NCBI GenBank assembly: GCA_964016885.1
Contig: OZ024762.1
Coordinates: 23,436,001-23,500,000, forward strand
Reading direction: 5' to 3'
DNA: 64,000 nt
DNA from: Eledone cirrhosa
Taxonomy: Eukaryota
The notes under the pieces were generated by a model, which saw nothing but the letters and a program-made list of their open reading frames with translations, had not been told where the DNA came from and did no database searches. The position numbers and the translations under genes are program-made. Below, piece by piece: positions 1-11,590 of this stretch (its first letter is position 1; each line of letters starts with the position of its first letter).

Positions 1-333
1 TGTGTCTGTGTGTGGATCGGTGTAAGTGTATATGTGTACATGTATATATGCATATGGATCTGTATATATATTCATATATATGCATATCTATGTATGTATG
101 TATCTGTGAGTGGGTGCATGTGTATAAGTGTACATGCATATGTAAGTGTATATATATATTCATATGTATGCATACATAATATGTATATATATATACATAA
201 TATGTATATATATATATACATAATATGTATATATATATATATCACAGAAAAAAAGACAATCAGTGTTGCGACGAATGGAATTTATTTGACATATTACAAT
301 CGTTTCTCTGGCGACCAGCTCGAGGCACGATCG

Positions 334-392
<59 letters not shown>

Positions 393-394
<2 letters not shown>

Positions 395-595
395 CGAAGG
401 AAATGTGGTAAGGAACCAGGTGGATCATAACGCACCAAAGTACTCAATACTTAGGGTAGTAGAGTGGGTAATAGGAACGAGTAGGACCCCGACGGCTGAG
501 CTCAAACCGTTTCAACGGCTAATTCTGGACTAAAAAGTTCAGAATTAGCCGTCGAAACGGCTTGAGCTCAGCCGTCGGGCTCCTACTCGTTCCTA
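393..595. mobile_element. Fold-back PLE pLTR remnant, family A, with half of a hammerhead ribozyme
   Basis: Inverted arms ~471-528 and ~540-595 plus an unpaired ~78-nt tail, flanked by (TA)n. Contains GAAACGGCT-tgagctc-AGCCGTC (HHR stem III plus GUC). Near-identical copies at 45689, 49711, 58938 and 32646. Confidence 0.8.
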
Positions 596-597
596 TA

Positions 598-666
<69 letters not shown>

Positions 667-926
667 GGAAAAAATGAAATTTTAATTCTCACACTTAGTA
701 CGGCTGATACTTAAATATAAGTATGTATACGTACATACATATATGTATACAGACGTACACTAGTATGTATATACATGCATACATGCACACATATATATAT
801 GTACGTATGGGTTTACCGAACATATATTATAATGCTCGGTTTGTTTGTAAACAAACAGCCCAAATTATTAGCCGTACAGTGTTCGGGAACCATCGTTCAA
901 CCTTTTGTGCAACACTGACAAAGAAA

Positions 927-967
927 CGATGAACTAGTTTCTAGCTTATTAGCTGTCATCAGCACCG
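927..967 (-). ncRNA. Minimal type I hammerhead ribozyme (family B)
   Basis: Minus strand reads CGGTG-CTGATGA-cAGCTaataAGCTa-GAA-ACTAGT-T-CATCG: intact core, palindromic stem III, stem I CGGTG/CATCG. Confidence 0.8.
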
Positions 968-1307
968 TATACCTTCCTGTCAGTCGAGTGAACGTTTGAA
1001 AGTATATACTTTCCTTATAATAAATGTTCGGTAAACCCATACGTACATATATACATATGTGTGTGCATGTATGTATATACATACTACTGTACGTCTGTAT
1101 ACATATATATATATGTACGTATACATACTTATATTTAAGTATCAGCCGTACTAAGAGTGAAAAATGAAATTTCGTTTTTTCCATTTATCGTTTTCGGTAC
1201 ACCAGGCCGACTAAATCACTCGATATGCAAATTAGGCTGCTCAGCCGTTAATAGGCGTAAGGAAAGTATATACTTTCAAACGTTCAATCAACTGAGAGGA
1301 AGGTATA

Positions 1308-1348
1308 CGGTGATGATGACAGCTAATAAGCTAGAAACTAGTTCATCG
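1308..1348 (+). ncRNA. Minimal hammerhead ribozyme (family B), C3A-mutated core
   Basis: CGGTG-ATGATGA-cAGCTaataAGCTa-GAAACTAGTT-CATCG. Confidence 0.7.
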
Positions 1349-1536
1349 TTCCTTTGTCAAGTGTTCATCAAAAGGCCAACGATGGTTGCCGAACACTGTT
1401 TACAAACAAACCGAATATTATAATATATGTTCAATAAACACATACGTACATATATATATATATGTGTGCATGTGTAAATATACATACTACTGTACGTCTG
1501 TATACATATATGTATGTACGTATACATACTTATATA

Positions 1537-1593
<57 letters not shown>

Positions 1594-1892
1594 ATAATAA
1601 TAAATTTGAAGACTAAAATCCAAAGAGGGATCGATAAGGATAAATATATATCAAATATATAAGGAAACCCTATACATATATATATATATATGCGTATATT
1701 TGTAAATATATGTATGCAAATATATGTATACACACGCATATATGTTTGAGTGATATGTCTTTATCTGTATATGTATGTGTGTGAGTGTGTGTATATATAT
1801 ATGTGAATGTGTGTGTGTGATGTCTTACCCGGCATGTTTCATTATTTGCGTGTATATATATATAGACATATATATATATATACACATATATA

Positions 1893-1989
<97 letters not shown>

Positions 1990-2093
1990 GTATATATATA
2001 TCAATACACATCAATCTAAAACCACTTTTCATATGTTGATTTAAAACTGCACTATCCACAAGTGTTTTTTAGCCTTCATATCATGTTCTCCTG

Positions 2094-2160
2094 TTTTATC
2101 TGATGAAAACACAAATATTATTGCATGATGATGTTTGTTTTTGAAATGCGCATAATAAAA
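2094..2160 (+). ncRNA. Type I hammerhead ribozyme motif
   Basis: TTTTAT-CTGATGA-(aaacacaaata...tgtttgttttt)-GAA-ATGCGCAT-A-ATAAAA: palindromic stem III and AUA site. Confidence 0.75.
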
Positions 2161-2190
2161 TATATGGAACTCCTTTAACCATCTTTTGAT

Positions 2191-2240
<50 letters not shown>

Positions 2241-2250
2241 CATATATTCT

Positions 2251-2306
<56 letters not shown>

Positions 2307-2326
2307 TACTTATATATATATATATA

Positions 2327-2761
2327 TGTAGTTTAGAAAGCCACAACAATGCAGATGGGAAATCTCGAGGTAGGGAGTGAGTGAGAAATAGGAGAAAAGT
2401 GAAAATTGAGAGAAACGAAAATGAAAACAAAACAAAGGTAGAAGGGTTACCGTAGTGGAGATTTAATCGCAATATTTCGGGCTCACGCCCATCAACGGGG
2501 GAAAGTTCCAAAAGGGGGGGGGGGGGGGGGAACAGGCTAAGCCGGAGAAAGTTGTATTGTCGTTAAAACATAGGAATGCCGTTATGGGGAAAATTCAAAC
2601 GAGGGAAAGAATGTTTTGTTTTCATTTTCGTTTCTCTCAATTTTCACTTTTCTCCTATTTCTCACTCACTTCCTACCTCGAGATTTCCCATCTGCATTGT
2701 TGTGGCTTTCTAAACTACATATTTTACACATTTCACAATGCTTCAAGCAAACTTTAACACC

Positions 2762-2765
<4 letters not shown>
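2327..2765. mobile_element. Fold-back insertion (PLE-like) in (TA)n
   Basis: ~107-bp near-perfect inverted repeat (2327-2433 / 2612-2720) with a ~45-nt tail on one arm only. Confidence 0.6.
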
Positions 2766-2813
<48 letters not shown>

Positions 2814-2939
2814 TATATACATATATACTTATATATATACATATATATATATATGTGTGTGTGTTTGTCTGTGTGTATATATGTCTGTGTGTAAAACTAT
2901 GTATGGAAACCTGTATAGTTGTCTTTCCCTATATATTTA

Positions 2940-3007
<68 letters not shown>

Positions 3008-3269
3008 GTATGTCTGTGTATGTATGTATGTATGTGTGTGTGTGTATGGCTGTGTGTAAAACTATGTATGAAAACATGTATACTGACATCAATGTACAAA
3101 TTAGTATTTTTTTATCAGGTCCTCATTAATGGTGTAGATCTATTTAACGAGAATCTAACGACCTGTCACAAAATTAGACAGATTGTAAAACAACATACTA
3201 TCAACTGGACTGAAACAACGAAATCAATAAGAAATTTCCGTTCATACATTGGTTTGTATGTATATATAA

Positions 3270-3326
3270 ATATAAGTATGTATGTATACGTACATACATA
3301 TATGTATACAGACGTACAGTAGCATG

Positions 3327-3360
<34 letters not shown>

Positions 3361-3711
3361 TATACATACAGGTACACATACATATATGTACGCATCAGTT
3401 TAGCGGACGCTTATTATAGCGCCCGCTTTGTTCGTTTGTAAACAAACTGAACAGCCTGAATTTATGCCATACGGTGTTAAGGCAACCACGTCACCTTTTT
3501 GTTCAACACTGACACAGGAACGATGTACTAGTTTCAAGCTTGTTAGCTATCATCAGCACCGTATACCCATCTGCCAGATAGTTGAACGTTCGAAAGTATA
3601 TACTTTCCTTATGAAAATTAACGGCTGAGCAGCCTAATTTACAAACGAACAAAGCGGGCGCTATAATAAGCGTCCGCTAAACTGATGCGTACATATATGT
3701 ATGTGTACCTG

Positions 3712-3779
<68 letters not shown>

Positions 3780-3882
3780 CATGCTTCTGTACGTCTGTAT
3801 ACATATATGTATGTACGTATACATACATACTTACATTTAAGTAAGTGCCATACTAAGAGTGAGAAATGAAATTTCGTTTTAA
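3270..3882. mobile_element. Second family B fold-back copy
   Basis: Minus-sense arm to 3640 and inverted arm 3641-3882; homologous to 664-1532. Confidence 0.75.
3521..3561 (-). ncRNA. Minimal hammerhead ribozyme (family B)
   Basis: Minus strand reads CGGTG-CTGATGA-tAGCTaacaAGCTt-GAAACTAGTA-CATCG (GUA site). Confidence 0.8.
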
Positions 3883-4414
3883 TTTTATTACAACTATATA
3901 TAAATATATATTTCGTTTCTGAATTTGTTTAGCAATATTCTTTATCTGAAAACGTGTGTTGAAACCGATACTAAGACGCTCCTTATTTTAATTATATTTT
4001 ACGTTATATTTTGACATTTATAGGCATTTTTATGGACTATGTTAAGTACTCATGGTTTTTCATTCTTTTCGACTCCTCTACGAACGTAGCCCCCGCGAAT
4101 ACCGGGGGACAACTGTATGTAGATTCAAAAATTTGTTTTAAAATCCATTTTATATATATATATATACATATATATATATACACATATATATATATACAGT
4201 ATTTATGTATCGAGAGAGAGAAAAAAAGGGGAGGATAGGTGATACATATAGTTATTTGCCAAGTAGCGTATGCCAAAGGTGCTCGATACTAGTGCCGGCA
4301 GTATTAAATATTCGAAGTGTTAATATTTAGTGGGTTAGAGAGTTAGCAGAGCGTAAGCACGTGGGAAAGTAAGAAATCGGAGAATAGACCGTTAAAACAT
4401 GTTTATTTAAAACA

Positions 4415-4454
4415 GCACCTACGTACGTTTCGCCCAGTTGGGCTTCTCAAGGGC
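4415..4454 (-). ncRNA. Hammerhead ribozyme variant with U3-A8 core
   Basis: Minus strand reads gccc-TTGAGAA-GCCCaactGGGC-GAA-ACGTACGT-A-ggtgc. Confidence 0.7.
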
Positions 4455-4818
4455 ATAAATAATCAAAAGTGTTCCTTACATTGCTCGAAAAGAGTTTGGG
4501 GGGTTAAATCCACGTCAAGGTTCATTGCTCGCAAAAATAGCTTGTTTTCATTTTGCAGCAGGTCAAGGGAGGTAACTCTGGCCGGTGTTAGGGCAGTCTT
4601 TCCCGGACAATTCTTTTTTTTTATTTTTTTTTTTATCCGCTACGAGATGAGGTTACAACCTTACCATTGTCGATACGCATGTAATCAACGCTTATTTTGA
4701 GAGTTTTTTTTTGCCGCATCTGTTTGTCTGAGTCGTTTGAGGCTGGGTCTGGTATGCAAGGATAGTTTCCTGGGTGTTATTTGCAGCGCCTGCCCGCCGG
4801 GGTGTTAAGCCTTGTTGC

Positions 4819-5223
4819 TGCCCCCTTAGAGGATACTGCTTGACTGATAGGGTTATATATAGATGCACTATAACTAGCCACAATAGCGTTAAACATTATA
4901 TAGGGGGCTACCTCCGGCCCGTTCAAAATTAGGTTTCGAACACATCTCCACTCTTTCACAAATAAAAAACTAAGACACTCCACTTCGCTCGCGGACTACA
5001 TCACATCACTAAAGGACTTAAACATCAGCTTCTCCACGCACTGGGATATTGTCGGCAGGGCTGCACCGTACAACTTCAAGAGGAAATGCGATCTTTGCCT
5101 TATGGAGCTCTACCACATCATAACAGCACCACACGAGCTCATCAACAGCAGAGCTGACACAGCGATAGGTTGTACACATCGCTTAAAAATATCCTTCTTC
5201 AGAAGGGTTAAGGATGAGGAGTG
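4819..5223 (+). pseudogene. GIY-YIG endonuclease of a Naiad-type PLE (one +1 frameshift)
   Basis: Manual translation: CPLRGYCLTDRVIYRC..HYIG/(frameshift near 4905)ATSGPFKIRFRTHLHSF..STSLADYI..WDIVGRAAPY..CDLCLME..LINSRAD..CTHR..stop. Confidence 0.85.
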
Positions 5224-5763
5224 AAACCGTGCACCGGATCTCCCTGCAACAAGTCTTAACACCCCGGCGGGCAGGCGCTGCAAAATAACACCCAGGAAAC
5301 TATCCTTGCATACCAGACCCAGCCTCAAACAACTCAGACAAACAGATGCGGCAAAAAAAACTCTCAAAATAAGCGTTGATTACATGCGTATCGACAATGG
5401 TAAGGTTGTAACCTCATCTTGTAGCGGATAAAAAAAAATTTGTCTGGGAAAGACTGCCCTAACACCGGTGTTTTGGATCTATTTAATTTCTGTTATAGGC
5501 AAGCATTATTCATCTGTCGAGGCTGTATTAAGCGATGTCTCCCTATGCATAACAATATGGCCGCTTGAGGCTATTTACCTTACTAATTAGAGACAGGTTT
5601 CAAGGGAATTAACTCCTTGAGAATTTTAAAATGTAGGTGATTTATAGCTAAGAAATGCTAATGAGTTTAAGTGAGAGATAGTGTAGGGGAGGTAACTTAT
5701 AATTATCCAAGTCATTGTTAAATATTTAACATGTTAGCTATATGTAGAGCTGAGATTATATGA

Positions 5764-7075
5764 TTATGTTGGGTCAAATGTTCTATTGGCGAAAGAATTT
5801 GCCTTTCGATGTTGACAGCTAATAGTTATCTCGTTTCTATCGTTTATAGGTTGTGGTCGTGATAGAGTTATGTAATATGCTTCGGTAACACAGAGATCAC
5901 AACAGTTTCTTCGTCCATTGAACGCTTGGGCCCTAGCTAAGATATCCCATGTTAGTGAGTGTTTAGTGTTGGTTAATTTAAGGTTTTTAATGAGCCTAGC
6001 TAGAGATGTTGAGCATCTATTGCTAGGGTCTCGGAAGGAAAATGAGTGCGCATTATAGCGTACCTTAAAAGGGTTAGAGGTAGAGCCAATATAGGAGCTG
6101 GTATGTGATGATGTTTTAACTGTGCACCTATATACTATATTGGGTGTAGAGCATTGTCCGTTTAGTGGGCATGCATTAGGGTAACGGCAATTGCAATTAC
6201 TGCTGCGGTTAGTAAGAGTAGGATTGTTTAAACTATGTGGCTGGTGTGTGCTAGAAGGATTAGATGGGGGAGGTGTGCTACTAGACTAAGTATGGTGTAG
6301 TGGCGTGATGTATTTGAGGGTGGTGGTGGTACCGCGGTGTGGTAGTTATACTATCTTAGTTTATGATGGTTACTGAATGCGATGTGGTTAGCTAGGTTAG
6401 GTGTTGTGGAGAATGAGATTTTAATGTTGTTTTTATTTAAGAGTTTGTAATATCTATGATTAGGGGTGGGTGTTTAGATAGGATAGAGAAGAAGCGTTTA
6501 GGGATATTAGTGGTTAAATTAGATGAGAAAGGGGGGTTAAGCCATGTGATATTTCTAGGCCTATTTCTTCTAGGGGTTCTAGTGGAGTTGGCAAGGGCTT
6601 TCATAGGGTTATTATTACCTGGGCGTTTATTATTTGTCATCCCATTGCTCGTTCCTATTCTAGGGTTGATTCTGAGTCTGCTACTAGGAGTGGGAAGTAG
6701 GCCTCTGCCACCATTACGGTTCCCTGTATAGGTGCTGTTACTGCTAAAATACCGGCGTATCTGGCTACATGCCAAGGTATTTCTAGTTCTAACGTTAAAT
6801 TTGTTATGGTTGTGGTGAAGTTCTGTGTTATGGCATTTAGGTATGTAGTAGATAGACTGTTCATAACCAGATTCAGAAAGGGCCTTATTATAATATGCCG
6901 CGTGGTTCATAAATATCTCCTCATTAGCGGATAGCATGGAGATCCTATAAGAGATAGATTTAATGACTGCTCTAATGACTGCCGGTGGGTGGTTAGAGGG
7001 CGGGATAATATATGTAAGTATTTCACCTGGTTTATGATAAGGGTAATATAAGTTATTGTTAAGCATTAAAGTATA
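5764..7075 (-). pseudogene. Naiad-type PLE RT thumb, linker and GIY-YIG (5'-truncated, disrupted)
   Basis: ORF 6437-7066 has YYPYHKP..SNHPP..ALSESGY..RNITWLNPPFS..TNI. Downstream translation gives CNCR..CPLNGQC..IVYRC..YIGST..FKVRYNAH..CDLCVTE..NDRNE..CQHR, stop at 5764. Confidence 0.88.
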
Positions 7076-7414
7076 ATTACACTCCTTATTATTATAATCA
7101 CACTCCTTATTATTATTATTATTATTATTATTCCTTACATTAAATTATAATTACACTCCTTATGTTGACTTTCTTTAAATAATTCCTTTCTTTAAATAAT
7201 TCCTTGTGAAATTTGTGGTCTTGTCTTTGCTTAACTAATGAATATTTCCAGCTCTGTGCATCTAATCTCTGCATGAACCCAGCCATCTAGCTGCCTTCCA
7301 CTTCTTCTTGCACATTGAGCACATGCCTTTACCCTTTTGGCTTCTAACAAATTCACCATTCTCTCTTCTCCTCGCCTATATCCATCTCTCCCTTTAAGAT
7401 TGGTTTACTCTTGA

Positions 7415-7460
<46 letters not shown>

Positions 7461-7463
<3 letters not shown>

Positions 7464-7778
7464 AAAAAGAGATGAAATCGAAAATGCAACTGGAGTCTTA
7501 TTTTTTTTTTAAATATATATATTTATTTGGTTCCTTTACCGGTTTCGGAGTTCTTCTGCTTTTCAAAAGGTGAGTTGAGATGGAGGGTCTGTGGTTTTTC
7601 TCACAGATGAAAAGCAGAAGAACTGCGAAACCGGTAAAGGAACCAAATAAATATATATATATTTTTTTTAAAATAAGACTCCAGTTGCATTTTCGATTTC
7701 ATCTCTTTTTCTTTATACTTTCACTCGTGTAGGACACCTCGGTTATTTTTCATTTTGTAAAAAAAACCTCACTTTTTA
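7461..7778. mobile_element. Fold-back PLE remnant with tail
   Basis: Inverted arms 7461-7565 / 7608-7714 and a ~65-nt tail, flanked by (TA)n. Related small fold-back at 58797-58918. Confidence 0.75.
7533..7570 (-). ncRNA. Minimal hammerhead variant with U3-A8 core
   Basis: Minus strand reads CCTT-TTGAAAA-GCAGaagaaCTcC-GAA-ACCGGT-A-AAGG. The other arm preserves the GCAG/CTGC stem II. Confidence 0.72.
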
Positions 7779-7848
7779 ATATATATATATATATGATATA
7801 TATGGCTTCTGGCCACTTTTTACTGGCATTATGTGTAATTTACCCAAG

Positions 7849-8035
7849 GGCGGTAGATTGGCAGTATCGGTGGGGGGTCGGACGCCATGCTTTCCAGCAT
7901 AGTTACGTCCCTTTACGATCTGAGTTCAAATCCCGCCGAGGTTGACTTTGCCTTTCATCCTTACAGGGTCGATAAAATAAAGTACCAGTAATGCACTGAG
8001 TAATTGCTGGCCTTGTGCCTAAAGTAGAAACAATT
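7849..8035 (+). mobile_element. tRNA-derived SINE (~187 bp) with TSD
   Basis: A-box-like TTGGCAGTATCGG and B-box GTTCAAATCC. 14-bp TSD tgtgtaatttaccc at 7832-7845 and 8037-8050. Confidence 0.9.
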
Positions 8036-8431
8036 CTGTGTAATTTACCCGTTTTTCTATGCTATCATTTATAGCGAGCAACTGTTGTTAGATATTTTTC
8101 TGCGTTTTTGATTCGCACATTTTCAAACATTCTCCCCTTTCTAATAAAGGAGTATTGTTCGAGACGTTAAGACACTTTTCCTACTATATCAAGCGTTAAA
8201 CTAAAATATTTCTTCCTTGTACTGTGTTGTTTCCTCTGTTTATCTTTTTGCTTTTTGCACAGACACAAACACACACACACATATATATATGTGTGTGTGT
8301 GTCTGTGTATGTGTGTGTGTTCATGTGGAAATATATATATGTGTGTGTGTGTGTGAGAGAGAGAGCAATAAATAATGAATGAATTCAATTGCGATAAAAG
8401 TGAAGAAGACAAAGAATAGACTGTGACCGGT

Positions 8432-8466
<35 letters not shown>

Positions 8467-9131
8467 GGTGGTAGTGTTGGTGATGTAGTAATGTTGCTAG
8501 TAAGATGAGGAGGGTGAGAGAGTACCTGTGAAAGAGGGGGGGTTAATTGGAATGAATATGGTGGTCAATGTGTTGATTGTTCAGAATCAAACAGGAACCG
8601 TTTATATATGCCATTGTAATATTTCCGTATCGATTTATTTGGACTAGTGAGTGGTGTTATTCGGTCGGCCATTTTTTTTATTTTAAGTGCTGTCTAATTT
8701 ATTCATTATATGAACACACAGTAGGTGCACAGACGTAGTAAACATTGTATACATAACTCTTGATTGCAAATGCTGTGTGTTTTTGTAAAGAGATGGCGTT
8801 GTAGGCGGTAAGGAGAGGATATGTGAGGTGATGAAAAGGTTTTAGCCCTCAGAGATGGACGCCATTTTGTCAACGCTGGCTGACGTTGTGATGAGAGACT
8901 AAAAAGAAAGACATTATACATAGTAGCCGGTAATATTATATAAAAGGTTGTAACAACAGAAACAATAGTTGCTGCGGTGTGGTGGTGGTGGTAGAGGAGG
9001 TTTGATGCTTGGTGGAGGGGGGTCGAAATGCTTGGAGAGAACAGGAAGTCAGTATGTATATATATATATAGGTAGGTAGGTAGAACTCTGGTAGAGCACT
9101 CAGTCCAAGGGACGTGTTCAGTAAAGGTTAG

Positions 9132-9207
9132 TTAGAGGACACGCGTTTCACCTTGCGGATTTTCAACACGAGTTGAAAATCTGCAAGGTGAAACGCGCGT
9201 CCTCTAA
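9132..9207. repeat. Hairpin formed from half an HHR (fold-back PLE remnant)
   Basis: ~36-bp arms with a 4-nt loop; each arm carries GAAACGCG(C/T)GTC-CTCT. Confidence 0.6.
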
Positions 9208-9398
9208 AATGGTTTACTCACTGTTGTGGGACTAAAATATATATATATATATATATATATATACATTATAAAACTCTTTTTTAAAATAATTATTCTTCTC
9301 ATTTCTTCACTAATGCCACTTTGATGAATCAAAGAAAGGGGGAAAAAAAGAAAAACAGACCCTTAAATATATTTTCCGTGCTATTTCCAACTTAACCA

Positions 9399-9431
<33 letters not shown>

Positions 9432-9434
9432 GTA

Positions 9435-9516
<82 letters not shown>

Positions 9517-9635
9517 TGCGCGCACGTGTGGGAGTGTAGATAAATAGATATGTGTATTCCGGCTTCAATTGGAGGTAATCGCACTAAGTAAGTTACTTCC
9601 AGATGATTTCCATCGTCCTGTAGAACCCATTTCTG

Positions 9636-9663
<28 letters not shown>

Positions 9664-9671
<8 letters not shown>

Positions 9672-10326
9672 TCAGCGAGAATCGTATTTCGGCCGGTAGA
9701 AAAAGCGAAACGAAACGCAAAATCGTAGACATGCTGGCAAGCGCTCCAATAGTTGAGAAAATTAGAGCTAAACAATATGTTAAAACGCCATACAAACTGA
9801 AAAGTGGTCAAGAAGGCATTAACCACCTAAGCCAAAAAACAAATCGAGCTAAACAGGTCAAACAAAATAAATGATAAAAACCGACCTGGACCCAAATGGA
9901 ATTCATGGTAAAATCCAAATGCAGGGTTTCTATGACACCTAAATCAATAATACTGTCTGCTTAAAACTATAAGCTTTTAGCATAAAGATCGAACAAGGAA
10001 TATCACGTTATCAACAGGTGATTTTGCTCTGTAACCAACTTTGTGAATGACGCAGAACTTTGTAAAAGTACATGTGTAACTCACAAGGAGAAAAAACCCC
10101 AGATTTTGGCAAATGAATTCAGTATGTGTATATCATACAAAAAATTGCATAAATAGCACAAATCGAATAAGCACTCAACCGGGTAGTTTTTAAAATAAAC
10201 TTATGCAATTAATCTGTCAATAGAATTATTAACAGGTTAATTGTAAGACTCGGGAGATTAATATAAATATAAATTCAGCGAGAATCGTATTTCGGCTGGT
10301 AGAAAAAGCGAAACGAAACGCAAAAT

Positions 10327-10327
<1 letters not shown>
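9664..10327 (-). mobile_element. 603-bp non-coding unit with 61-bp terminal direct repeat and a large HHR (retrozyme-like, family G)
   Basis: Direct repeat 9664-9724 / 10267-10327, both ends in (TA)n. Diverged relative at 58339-58790. Confidence 0.72.
9884..10019 (-). ncRNA. Large type I hammerhead variant (UUGAUAA core)
   Basis: Minus strand reads ACCTG-TTGATAA-cGTGATAT...GTGTCATa-GAA-ACCC...GGGT-C-CAGGT: 5-bp stem I, extended stems II and III, GUC site. Confidence 0.7.
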
Positions 10328-10380
<53 letters not shown>

Positions 10381-10511
10381 AAAAGGTAAACAGAAATAAC
10401 AACACAAACGGTACAGTATATGGAAGGGATATATTAGGTTAATGCTTGAATTAGCAAGAAGAGGGTCTTAACATTTTGGACGCTAATCCTTCAAATGTCT
10501 TTAGATAAAAG

Positions 10512-10600
<89 letters not shown>

Positions 10601-10874
10601 GGTGTGTGTTATACGTCCGTACGCAGCTAAGAAGAAATGTGTGTGTATATGTGGCTAAGTGTGTAACGTTCAGTTATTGATGATTCAATTGTTTCACATC
10701 CATAAGTCTCCTCGCGACCTATCGATTCCTGACTCGGGTCCTGATTGTGACTGATCGTATCTTGAGTTAATCGATTACAAACAGGGCGTCACGAATGTAT
10801 AAAATATGTATATAATACTTAATTGATTCTTCGTTGCCGCTTATGTATTATAAATATATATATCATATACATTA

Positions 10875-11136
10875 CCATGACAATCTGGTCTAGCAAGCCC
10901 AAATATTCATGAACCTAGCAGGCCATCCATCAGTGTTATTGGGTCATTAGGGGAGCATTCTGCGTCTCTACATAGTTGGTTAATGTAAGTTAAAGCCGGT
11001 CAGCCAACCTTCCTCTGACCGCAGCTAGGTGCCCAAAGCAAATGGTCACAAACAGGATCTTGTTTTTGCTCGCCAACAGTGTCCTGCAAATCGCATTATT
11101 CGTTCCTGCAATATTGCAGATATATCAGTGATAGGA

Positions 11137-11138
<2 letters not shown>
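10875..11138 (-). pseudogene. RTE-type LINE 3' fragment
   Basis: Manual translation ERIMRFAGHCWRAK/..LLWAPSCGQRKVG*PALTYINQLCRD matches the typical RTE C-terminal pattern; frameshifted. Confidence 0.7.
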
Positions 11139-11176
<38 letters not shown>

Positions 11177-11522
11177 TTAAGGATACTATTTATGGTAATG
11201 TATATACTAAAACCTTTTATAGTTATATATATTTTAAACCCTAAACAGTGAAAGTCAGTAATTTATTACTACCTTATTACCAGTAAGATAAATAGCTCAA
11301 TGTAATAACATCAGTTGTTCTACAGAGCAGTTATATAGAAATTACATGAAGCAAAGTTCTGTTGAAATCATTTATTAGCTTACAATTGTTTCTTCCAAAC
11401 CGAGGTTTGGAGTCTTCGGAGCAATTTTTCAATGATTGTTTACATACATGACCTTCTTTCCAACACAAGAGACATACAGAAACATATGTATATATTGATG
11501 TACAGTGGGTTGACATCCATTA

Positions 11523-11584
<62 letters not shown>

Positions 11585-11590
<6 letters not shown>

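Larger units (their letters stand above)
664..1532. mobile_element. Family B non-coding HHR repeat: one inverted unit plus a head-to-tail tandem (retrozyme-like)
   Basis: 664-1018 is the reverse complement of sequence found in 1019-1532. In the + part the unit end runs directly into the next unit start (aaac(c/a)catacgtacat at ~1033 and ~1436). No credible ORF; (TA)n flanks. Confidence 0.75.
4260..5468. mobile_element. Naiad-type Penelope-like element remnant with inverted 3' UTR copy
   Basis: 4582-4818 is an inverted copy of 5245-5468. The GIY-YIG sequence lies between the arms and the left arm extends into an HHR. Left boundary approximate. Confidence 0.8.

Noticed and set aside
4819-6200. 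Selenocysteine-encoding Naiad
   Set aside because: The conserved Cys positions seen use TGC/TGT rather than in-frame TGA, and no SECIS was recognised.
7200-7415. PHD-like LINE ORF1 fragment on the minus strand
   Set aside because: The Cys/His pattern is split across frames and cannot be supported.
7849-7935. tRNA gene
   Set aside because: The A/B boxes belong to a dispersed SINE head with body, tail and TSD; there is no full cloverleaf.
11330-11520. PLE RT fragment (MDVNPLYINI) on the minus strand
   Set aside because: Only one motif-like match amid stops; insufficient support.
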